DNA from: Candidatus Saccharimonadota bacterium
GTDB taxonomy: Bacteria; Patescibacteriota; Gracilibacteria; BD1-5; UBA6164
Assembly: GCA_965229705.1 (NCBI GenBank)
Contig: OZ245922.1
Coordinates: forward strand, 60,001-92,000
Direction: 5' to 3'
Length of the DNA: 32,000 nucleotides
A program made the position numbers and the translations under genes. A model generated the notes under the pieces. That model had not been told where the DNA came from, made no database searches, and worked only from the letters and a program-made list of their open reading frames with translations. Position 1 is the stretch's first letter, and the number at the start of each line of letters is the position of its first letter. Positions 21,850 to 29,485 of this stretch are shown piece by piece.

Positions 21850-21927
21850 GGTGCTCGTAGTTCAGTTGGTTAGAATGCCAGATTGTGACTCTGGAGGTCG
21901 AGGGTTCAAGTCCCTTCGAGCACCCCA
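21850..21927 (+). tRNA. tRNA-His: tRNA-His (anticodon GTG) with G-1 and encoded CCA
   Basis: g-gtgctcg ta gttc agttggttaga at gccag attGTGac tctgg aggtc gaggg ttcaagt ccctt cgagcac c cca. The 7-bp acceptor stem pairs perfectly. The extra 5' G opposite discriminator C is the bacterial tRNA-His hallmark. T-loop ttcaagt. Confidence 0.9.
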
Positions 21928-23393
21928 TTTGAAAAATTTAAAATTCTGATGATTTCAAACAGCTCATTTTCCTGAATATAGAGCTGTTTTTTAGTGTCTA
22001 CAAAAAGTTCAAGGACAATCATTTCAATGATTTCTATTTTTTTATTCAAATCACCGTTTTTCCACGCAGTAGAGAGGTTTAAGAGGAGTTCGACTGATTT
22101 CTCTACAGCCATCAAAATTTCATCATTTATATACAAAATTCACTCCAATTCTCTCGTATATTTTAAACTTTCATCAAGATATTTTTTTCGTTGTTTATCA
22201 AAATCCTCCTGAGAAATTTTATCTTCACATAGTAGATTCAGTAAATTCTGCTGTTTTCCATTGATTCATCATAATTTAGAGTTTATTGACTGAAATTGAG
22301 ATTTAGCTTCTTTGTACTGTTCCGAAAAGAAGTTATGCAAGAGAGTTCGCACATCTCTTAGGGTGTCTTCGTCTATTATTATATAGCTTCATAGAGTTTT
22401 CTCAAACGCCTCAAGTATTATTTTTTGGTTAATATTCACATTGATTCCATCGCAGGTATCTTTGTTCGAAGAACGGTAGTAAATATTTCATTTTTTCTCG
22501 TATGCTCTAAAAGGCGTTTTTTTGCCCCAGTTTCATTTTATTATTCATTTGAGTGGGAATTTATCCTGTTCAACACTTTCGAAGCTCTTATGTTCTCTTT
22601 TTACTCGAATTTGGTTTATATATTCTGTGCTTACTATCAATTTATGATTATGTTGGAAAACTCTTCCTGCAAAATCATAGAATCCATCATGAAATTTATG
22701 AAAAAGCCATCTTCTCACTTGTTCTGCAGTTACAGGCGTGTTATTCTTTGTTGTGACTCAGTATTTATCGAACATTATTTGAGCTGTTTCTTTGTAAGAG
22801 GTTCACTTTTTGAGTATTCCAAGCATTTTTCTCCACTTCCACTCGTTATCTGGATGAGGGCGTACATCAGTTTCTCATTTTCTGATACGATAATTTTCAT
22901 ATCAGAAAGGAACTTTGTTCATTACTTTAAATTTATTTTCTGCAGCGTGAAGCATTTTTTTCTTCGTGTCTTCTGCTCTGTCTTTGTTTTCTTTTTTCCC
23001 GAGCATTAAAAAAAGTTCAAGACTGAGAACATCTCAAGAATTGTTTGACCTATATAGTTTATCTCAAATATAGACTCACTTTGCAAGTCATTCTTCAAGA
23101 ATCATTATTATTGCAGCCGTATCTCAAGTATTCCTTGAGAGTCTTTTTTCGTCATCAATTATGATAAAATCTACTTTTGAATCTTTTACTAGTTCAATAA
23201 GTTGTTTGAATCATGTTCTCTTTCAGGTATTTTTTATACTAGCACTATGACTTTCTGTGATTTCTTCAATTACACTTAAATCGTTCCTGTCAGCGATTTT
23301 TCGACAGGATTCAATTTGATACTCAAGAGAATTTGTTTGCTTATCATCTCTGTTTGTAGACTTTCTGCAATATATTACTGCGCGATTACTCAT
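21870..23393 (-). CDS. Large serine recombinase / integrase (507 aa to the TAA; 495 aa to the TGA at 21908-21906)
   Basis: MSNRAVIYCRKSTNRDDKQTNSLEYQIESCRKIADRNDL...VDFIIIDDEKRLSRN is the resolvase catalytic domain (YcR.St...Q..SLe.Q, catalytic Ser in RKST). It is followed by a recombinase domain (VPFGYENY...) and a long coiled-coil tail. About 20 TGAs are in frame. The last codons are the reverse complement of tRNA-His positions 21870-21927. Confidence 0.85.
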
Positions 23394-23413
23394 AATAAAA
23401 ATATACCTAGTTA

Positions 23414-24199
23414 CTAATTACACAGACTTCTATCTACATAAGTCTTATTCCCGTTACTATTCCAATAATAACACCCACCACGAGGTCATGTATAGTAAGT
23501 CTTATATCCACTAGTATTTGATTTGTAATACTCATATTCTTCCTCCTCTTCATAATCCTCCCAAATACCCCTTTCGAACCTAATAGCGTTCTCCTCATAT
23601 GTTTGAAACTCCTTTTGGTATTTATAGGCTTTGTTATATGTGTACTCTTCGGCATATCAGCTATTCACCATGTCTCAGTTTATATTTTCTTCTTCAAGAA
23701 AGATATAAGCTAAAACTCTGTCATATCTATCATACATTCATTGTGACTCATCAAACTCTATACTTACTTCTTTTCAGAGTATTTTTTCCGAGAGATATTC
23801 GCTTGCTTCACTATATCAAGCCTCTCATCTTTCGGGAGTATCTATACCAATCATTCTTACAGTAATTATTTCATCTCATTTTTGGTATTTTATCGTATCC
23901 CCATCAACGACATCTACTACAAGAAACTTTGTAGGATCGGGCAGTGTAGTTATTTCGTCTATATAAGATACCAGCATATAAAATAATGCGTATTCTCGAG
24001 AATCACTAGGAAGCAGAGACATATACCACTCTAAAGCAGTTTTCATTGATTCTAACTCCTCAGGATCTTCTTCATATATAACATCTATTTCTTCATATGT
24101 TCCTCGAAGAATCTTATAATCATTCGAGGTAAAATCATATGCAACGGCATGTGATACCATTGAAAAGAACAAGACAAGGGAGATAAGTATATTTTTCAT
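23414..24199 (-). CDS. Secreted thermonuclease (staphylococcal nuclease/SNase-like), 261 aa
   Basis: Track ORF 23876..24199 (signal peptide MKNILISLVLFFSMVSHAVA) runs through a TGA into VVDVVDGDTIKYQKGDEIITVRMIGIDTPERGEAGYSEASEYLSEKILGKEVSIEFDESQGMYDRYDRVLAYIFLEEENINGDMVNSGYAEEY...AIRFERGIW. These are the SNase motifs DGDT, R(l/m).GiD.PE, DrY.R.LAy and GlW. C-terminal tail: YYTGPRGGCYYWNSNGNKTYVDRSLC. TAG stop at 23416-23414. Confidence 0.8.
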
Positions 24200-24208
24200 A
24201 CAGATTTT

Positions 24209-24733
24209 TTAAGGAAATAAAATTTTCATTTTTCTTTCTATGAGTTTTCTTGGTACTCATAATTCAGAGGATAACACAGATACATCATCAGTATCTTTTA
24301 GCTTTTCTCTGAGAAGCGTATCAGGGATAAGCATATCCATTGCAAACTGGTCAGCTCTTTGTTCTATAAAATCACAAAAGCTATTATATCATCTATTTGC
24401 TCGGAGTTTATCATCATGTACTATATGCCCTAGCTCGTGAGCAATAACATATCTCTTGTACTTTGGATAGCTGTTTTCTTTGACGAGTATAAAATCTCGA
24501 CCAAACCTTTTGCAACTGTATCCATAAACTCATTTTGTATGTATTTTTACTTCTTCGAGAACTATTCACATTTGTAAGACAATTTTTTCTATATCCACAA
24601 AATCTCAGTATCCATATTCTTTTAGTATTTCACATGCTTTGGTGTTCATTATTTTTAGAAATATTTTACTATGAAATCTGTTTCGCACGTCCCGCATTTC
24701 TCGAACATATCTATGATTCGGTGCAGATTTCAT
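24209..24733 (-). CDS. ImmA/IrrE-family zinc metallopeptidase (174 aa)
   Basis: KRYVIAHELGHIVHDD (HExxH) ... EQRADQFAMDMLIPDTLLREKL, which is typical of the COG2856/ImmA anti-repressor proteases. ATG at 24733-24731, TAA at 24211-24209. A 9-nt gap separates it from the SNase gene. Confidence 0.8.
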
Positions 24734-24790
24734 TTTTTTTGTTAAAATTACAGTATCTACTAGTTCTTCAAAAGGCTTGTATTATTTCAT

Positions 24791-24823
24791 AGTCAATATA
24801 AAAAATAAATAAATAATTTGCAA
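24791..24823 (-). promoter_or_regulatory. Promoter copy 1 (TTGCAA-N17-TATATT on the minus strand) driving ImmA-SNase-recombinase
   Basis: The 33-bp block agtcaatataaaaaatAaataaataatttgcaa is repeated at 25877-25909 with one mismatch. Read on the minus strand it is TTGCAA attatttatttattttt TATATT gact. Confidence 0.6.
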
Positions 24824-24865
24824 AAAAAATTTGACTTCATTTCTAAAATAATATATTATGTCACT

Positions 24866-24921
24866 ACATCACGACGAAAGGGGAACCGAACGGCTAGTTA
24901 CCTAAGGGCACCCCTTTTTTT
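24866..24921 (+). ncRNA. Candidate small RNA (about 55 nt) between the NYN and ImmA genes, antisense to the NYN 3' UTR
   Basis: Plus-strand TTGACT (24831-24836), a 17-nt spacer, then TATTAT (24854-24859). About 7 nt downstream the sequence runs acatcacgacgaaaGGGGaaccgaacggctagttacctaagggcaCCCCttttttt (7 T at 24915-24921). No ORF. Confidence 0.35.
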
Positions 24922-24926
24922 ATATT

Positions 24927-25433
24927 TTATACCTGTATATATTTATCATATATAATCTTATTTTTTATACTATCATGTGATAAATTTGATCAGTATTGAT
25001 AGCTTATTTTATTATAGAGAGATGAATATTTATTATTTGGAAATAAAATTTTTTCAAGTCTTCATTTTTTTCGTATCCATTCTACTGTTTTTATGTAGTC
25101 TCAATCTCATGATACGAGCACAACTTTATAAAAGCTGTCCTCTTGTATTCTCTTCATTATCTCAAATACTATATCAGTATCTACATTTCATTTCTTGTTT
25201 CATATTTGAGATTTTCGATGTTCTCTAAAAATTACTATGTATCAAGCCTCTTGTAAATCACTATATAAATCTTCATTTTGGTCTTGTACACATCAAAGGA
25301 AGTAAAAAGCTTTTTGAATTTTATACTTTTCTTGTAGATAGATTCTAAATTTGTATATATCTACCTTCCAACCCTCACTCTTTGTTCAGTAGTGAAGGTT
25401 TTGACCATCTATGAATGCATAATTACTACTCAT
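24927..25433 (-). CDS. NYN/LabA-like (PIN-fold) ribonuclease domain protein (168 aa)
   Basis: MSSNYAFIDGQNLHYG...KGNVDTDIVFEIM...FYKVVLVSGDGDYIKTVEWIRKKGRLEKILFPNNKYSSLY. These are the NYN signature acidic residues (iDg.N, vD.di, lvSGD.Df, G..v). The ATG at 25433 is 1 nt after the Xre TAG. TAA at 24929-24927. Confidence 0.7.
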
Positions 25434-25434
25434 C

Positions 25435-25836
25435 CTACCTATCCTTATATTTCAAAGTAACCATATCAAGAAGATTCTTTGCTTCTCTATATGCTTCTTC
25501 ATTTGGAAACTCCTGTTTTAGAGCAAAATCAAACTCTATTTCTTCGGAGTTAGAAATTGATTGTCAGGTTGTGTGTTCGTATTCTGCTTCGCGGGCATCA
25601 TTAAATATTTTTTCAAATTCTGATGAGGATATTCAGAGTGCTTTAGCAATACTTTTCCATCTTTCATTGGATGCTACCTGACGACCGTTAAACATATTTG
25701 TTAGATACGATTGAGAAACTCATACTATACCGCTCAAATTTTCGTATGTAATTGATTTTTCGGATCTTATATAGTTTAGTTTCTTTCAGAGATATTTATT
25801 AAAAAATCCCTTATCAAAGCTATCATCTACCGCCAT
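25435..25836 (-). CDS. Xre/cI-family HTH transcriptional repressor (133 aa)
   Basis: GKKLNYIRSEKSITYENLSGIVGVSQSYLTNMFNGRQVASNERWKSIAKALGIS is an HTH_3 pattern (lk.iR......t.e.La...gvs.s.ls..e.G......ia.aLgv). Acidic C-terminal tail. It is divergent from the rightward early genes. Confidence 0.8.
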
Positions 25837-25876
25837 TATAACTAAAAAACATATAAATATAAGCTGATTATATTAA

Positions 25877-25932
25877 AGTCAATATAAAAAATCAATAAAT
25901 AATTTGCAATAGTTAGTATTTTAACATATAAT
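25877..25932. promoter_or_regulatory. Back-to-back divergent promoters sharing one palindromic -35 hexamer (switch region)
   Basis: Minus strand: TTGCAA (25909-25904), N17, TATATT (25886-25881), towards the Xre gene. Plus strand: the same TTGCAA (25904-25909, its own reverse complement), N17, TATAAT (25927-25932), towards the early genes. The 33-bp block 25877-25909 duplicates 24791-24823. Confidence 0.55.
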
Positions 25933-26133
25933 ACTTGCGTAACTTAGAGATAAGTATTGCTCATTAACATACAAAACTACCAAATAGTAATATAAGTAGT
26001 AGCAATATTGGGATTGGCTGAATTGAAGCGATCAGTAATATGTTAGTGATAATATATATATTATCCATATTGCTTAATTTTTACTATAAATTATATGTAA
26101 TATACATATAAAACTTAAAACAAAACCTAAAAA

Positions 26134-26301
26134 ATGAGAACTTACAAAACAAGAAAAAATCCACTCACGCTACTCCCTGTAGAAAGAAATATGACAAAAC
26201 AAGAGGTAAAGCAGTGATTGATAGATTTTTTCAATGACCCGGATGAGATATTTGAACTAGCCCATCTTGTGGCAATAGTAAATATCAGAAATAGTTTCTA
26301 A
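26134..26301 (+). CDS. Small hypothetical early protein (55 aa)
   Basis: First ORF downstream of the rightward promoter: MRTYKTRKNPLTLLPVERNMTKQEVKQGLIDFFNDPDEIFELAHLVAIVNIRNSF. One TGA. Followed by a hairpin terminator. Confidence 0.3.
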
Positions 26302-26364
26302 CATTTATTGTAAAGAACTATGTGAGAGATACTAACGACAATTTTACATAACCCGTTTTTTACA

Positions 26365-26390
26365 TCAGGGTTTATTGCCCTGACTTTTTA
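26365..26390 (+). terminator. Hairpin plus T-tract (putative intrinsic terminator/attenuator)
   Basis: TCAGGG tttattg CCCTGA cttttta. Confidence 0.4.
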
Positions 26391-26407
26391 TTTCATTACG
26401 AAGGAAT

Positions 26408-26602
26408 ATGAAACAACACCTAAAAGATGTACTCGACCAAATAGAAGGTTGGAGTTATGACGACATCGACCAGCTTGTATATGAATTACAAGGTATACAG
26501 ATCGAAATGATGGGGGGTGAAAAATCTTTCCCAGAAATTGATTACAAGTTTGAAAATCCTCTTAAACAATTACAAAAACTAACATGAGTGACCACGAATT
26601 AG
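26408..26602 (+). CDS. Small acidic hypothetical protein (64 aa)
   Basis: MKQHLKDVLDQIEGWSYDDIDQLVYELQGIQIEMMGGEKSFPEIDYKFENPLKQLQKLTGVTTN. Codon-by-codon check from ATG 26408 to TAG 26600-26602. Confidence 0.35.
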
Positions 26603-26740
26603 AATGCTGATATGATGAATATCAATGATATTATTGAGAGCTTATACAGCCTCTTGAAATTCTTCATGCTGAAACAAGCACAGCTTGGGAAATACAAAAG
26701 CTCCTAGATATAGGAGCTAAGTAAAAGCCCCCCGACAGAG

Positions 26741-26780
26741 AAAGACTTTCCTGTGATTATAGGAAAGTCTTTTATTATTT
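26741..26780 (+). terminator. Strong rho-independent terminator
   Basis: AAAGACTTTCCT gtgattat AGGAAAGTCTTT tattatttc: a 12-bp perfect stem with an 8-nt loop and a T-rich tail. Confidence 0.75.
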
Positions 26781-26795
26781 CAATAAATTTTTTTT

Positions 26796-27371
26796 ATGAT
26801 ACAACAAAAACTACTAGAAATACAGAGAAGGAGTATTGCTCTAAAAAAAGATGCTGATAATCCTTTTTTCAAGAGTAAGTATATCACTCTCGATGCAATT
26901 ATATCTCAATATAATCCTATACTTACAGAGCTTCGTATTGTAGCTTATCATCATACAAAGGATAATAAACTTATTACTGTACTATATGATACTGAAAATA
27001 AGACACAGGTTGAATCTGAGTTCAATATATACAATACTGACCCGCAAAAACAAGGAAGTGAAGTTACATATTGAAAGAGATATAATTTATGACAACTTCT
27101 TAATATCCAAACTGATACTGACGATGACGGAAACCTTGCGAGTTCTTCGGGGAATACAAAGGAATATTATCCAAAATCTCAACAGAAGAATTGGCTGAAT
27201 TATGAATCTGCTCTTGAAATCATAAAAGCTGGAAACGATACTCCCGAATCTTTCTGAAAAATTGTAAAAGAAGATGGATATGACTTATCAAGCTATGCTA
27301 AGAAAGCTATAGCTGACTTTTTCAATACTTGAGAACTCAAGAAAAACTTATTTTTTAAACAAGCAAGATAA
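26796..27371 (+). CDS. ERF-family single-strand annealing recombinase (191 aa)
   Basis: KDADNPFFKSKYITLDAIISQYNPILTELRI...QKQGSEVTYGKRYNLGQLLNIQTDTDDDGN matches the ERF pattern (NPfF.SkYa.L..i, gS..TY.rRY.L, dDDdg). The track ORF 26796..27074 continues through TGAs to TAA 27369-27371. Confidence 0.7.
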
Positions 27372-27372
27372 T

Positions 27373-27786
27373 ATGAACGAAATATTAAAAGCAAAACACT
27401 TACAAGCTGTGCAATCCCTTGAGGAAGTAGTTGAGGGAGTTTTAAGCGGAGAGATTTCTCCTGTACAAGCATACTCAGTTATGAAGGACTTTAAAAAAAG
27501 TATGGATGATTCTTTGAAGTTTATTGAGACTCAAGTTATTTCTCAAATTGAAGCAGATCCAAATGAGTATCCTGAGTTCAGAATCTCTACTCGAAAGACA
27601 CTACAGTATAAAGATAATCCTTTGTATGCTGAAAAGCAAAAAGAACTCAAAGAAATAGAGTCTCAAATAAAAATTGCTACAGAAATGCACGAAAAGGGAG
27701 ATTCTTATGTAGATAGTGATGGAGTAATCATCGATCCTGTAGAGATAAAATTTACTCAGGTTCTTACATATACTCCTAAGAAGTAA
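27373..27786 (+). CDS. Hypothetical phage protein (137 aa), possibly Gp157-like by position next to ERF
   Basis: Intact ORF without TGA and with a true TAA stop. Helical, acidic. The assignment rests only on synteny with ERF, as in many siphoviruses. Confidence 0.4.
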   Translation: MNEILKAKHLQAVQSLEEVVEGVLSGEISPVQAYSVMKDFKKSMDDSLKFIETQVISQIEADPNEYPEFRISTRKTLQYKDNPLYAEKQKELKEIESQIKIATEMHEKGDSYVDSDGVIIDPVEIKFTQVLTYTPKK

Positions 27787-27885
27787 ATGAACCGAGTATG
27801 TGCCTGGTGCTGAAAAGTACTGGAAGAATGAGAGTGAGAAATATCTCATTGAATTTGTGAATCTTGTTTAGAGATTCATTTTTAG
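27787..27885 (+). CDS. 32-aa zinc-ribbon micro-protein
   Basis: MNRVCAWCGKVLEEGEGEISHGICESCLEIHF. It has CxxCG and HGICxxC knuckles. Four of the 32 codons are TGA, two of them supplying the knuckle glycines. Confidence 0.45.
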
Positions 27886-27888
27886 TTT

Positions 27889-27913
27889 AGGGGCTTTAAG
27901 CCCCTTTAATTTT
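27889..27913 (+). terminator. Hairpin terminator
   Basis: AGGGGCTT t AAGCCCCT ttaatttt. Confidence 0.55.
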
Positions 27914-28234
27914 ACACCTATGAAAAATAAAACAATCAAGTTCCAAGAAAGAACTTCTCGAAGAGGGTATCTCGTACCTGGTAGTAAAAAAATGTTTACT
28001 ACAAAACGAGATATGCAACTCAACACTATAGAGACCAATCTTATATTTCGTAATATTGATAAAAATGCATAGATGAAAAATTACAAAAATCATGTATTTG
28101 AACAAATTTACGGAGTGAAAAACTATAAAAGAAATCAAACAACAATTAAAAAAATCTTGTCATTACTGAACTTTCTTATCACTAGATACAGCAAGAATAG
28201 GTAGTGGTTTTTTAACTCCTACAGAAATGGATAT

Positions 28235-28648
28235 ATGATAGGAAACATACAAGAATGAATCCTGTTCTTGAAAAAACTTTCTCCCGATAATATCGTAAAA
28301 ATAACAGAGATTAGAGAGAATCGTTCACAGAGGCAAAATAGACTCTATCATCAATGGTTAAAAGATATACAGGTTTGTTTTGAAGAACAGGGTATATTTA
28401 TCACACACGATGAACTCCATGAGTGATTAAGAGATAAACTTATACCATGAAGTTATGAGATAAATCCTCTCACTTCAAGAACAATACATAAGAAAAAATC
28501 TACGACACAGCTCAATAAAAAGGAATTTTCAAAATACATACACGACTGCGAAAAATATCTCATAGACAGGTTTGAAATAAGCTATCCGCTTCCTGTAGAT
28601 ATTTTTTACACAAAAAAAAGAACCACCGACCAAAGTAATTCTTTTTAA
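28235..28648 (+). CDS. NinB/Orf-like recombination mediator (putative), 137 aa
   Basis: ENRSQRQNRLYHQWLKDIQVCFEEQGIFITHDELHEGLRDKLIPGSYE resembles the NinB pattern (R(S/T)..QN...(H/W)..L.DI......G.......W/H). ATG 28235, TAA 28646-28648. Confidence 0.4.
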
Positions 28649-28809
28649 ATGCCCTCAATGGGCTTTTATTCTCTGCCTTGTATAAATAATTTATACCAAA
28701 ACATATATTCATTATATGTATATATTTATATAAAGCAAATTTATTTTATATTGTAAAATATACTATTATGAAAAATACTTGATATATAGAAAATTTGAGT
28801 CAAGAATAA

Positions 28810-29085
28810 ATGATACTAGAACTGCTAGTGAAACAAAAATATGTCACACTTCCTGAGATACGGAGACTGTGAATTGCTTGTCATACTGCGAGGATTACAG
28901 GACTAAGGAAAAAGTGACATATTATTTTTAATACTGTGAAATATAAGAGGAAACTGTCTGGAAGAATGGTGGCGCATTCGGTGTATTTTTATTGAGGAAA
29001 CAGATTTGAGAAGAGACCTCTTTATAAGAAAGAGCAGTGATTTTTTGAGAAAATCAAAAATAAAATATTTGGTAAAAAACAATAA
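28810..29085 (+). CDS. Winged-helix/HTH DNA-binding protein (91 aa)
   Basis: KYVTLPEIRRLGIACHTARITGLRKKGHIIFNTV follows the ...G....ARI.eLRkkG..I.t pattern of small phage HTH proteins. Basic C-terminus. Confidence 0.4.
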
Positions 29086-29330
29086 TGGATAACACAAAAA
29101 TACTTCAATGGCTTAATAACGAAACAAACTGGCGAAGATTTACAGGAATATGTTTGAGTAGTCATGTTATAAAAAGGTTGAGAGAATATAAGTCTCGAGG
29201 AATGCTACCTTGAAAAACGATATTGTATAAGTTTATACAGGATTATAAGTTGTTAGAGAATGATACAAGAGATGATAGAGAAATTGCTATAGATTTATTA
29301 GCTTTAGTTGATAAAGATTTTACTTCATAG
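29085..29330 (+). CDS. Hypothetical protein (81 aa)
   Basis: The start overlaps the previous stop (TAATG). MDNTKILQWLNNETNWRRFTGICLSSHVIKRLREYKSRGMLPGKTILYKFI.... TAG at 29328-29330. Confidence 0.35.
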
Positions 29331-29333
29331 ATT

Positions 29334-29441
29334 CTTAAGGAAACTCTGAGAAACTCCTTCTTTCTCTATTTTTCCAAAGGAGAGATGGCTCGATAGAGCC
29401 AAAGAGGATTAGAAATTTTTTGTTTTTCATAGATTCCTTAA
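29334..29441. repeat. MITE/REP-like repeat, type A core, inverted orientation, located inside the mobile element
   Basis: cttaaggaaactctgagaaa ctccttctttctctatttttccaaaggagagatggctcgatagagccaaagaggattagaaatttttt ...tcatagattccttaa. This is the reverse complement of the A1/A3 core. Confidence 0.8.
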
Positions 29442-29485
29442 AAAAATAAGGAAAGCACAACTATATTTAATAATAAATCCTATCA

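Noticed and set aside
21906-21908. Ending the recombinase at the TGA at 21908-21906, as in the track ORF 21906..22136
   Set aside because: Under the code that the rest of this gene requires (about 20 internal TGAs), this TGA is also sense. The first real stop is the TAA at 21872-21870. Either way the ORF end lies inside the antisense tRNA-His, so the junction interpretation does not change.
23434-23655. Track ORF 23434..23655(-), a basic 73-aa protein upstream of the recombinase
   Set aside because: It is in the wrong frame. A different minus-strand frame joins 23876..24199 through TGAs into a complete SNase-family nuclease (23414..24199) with all family motifs.
27920-28204. Two short + ORFs (27920..28072, 50 aa; 28073..28204, 43 aa), plus 26612..26707 (31 aa), 26320..26562 and 28768..28809
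   Set aside because: They are plausible phage micro-ORFs by position and orientation. They are too short and motif-free to support from sequence alone, and 26320.. runs through a terminator-like hairpin. Not reported as features.
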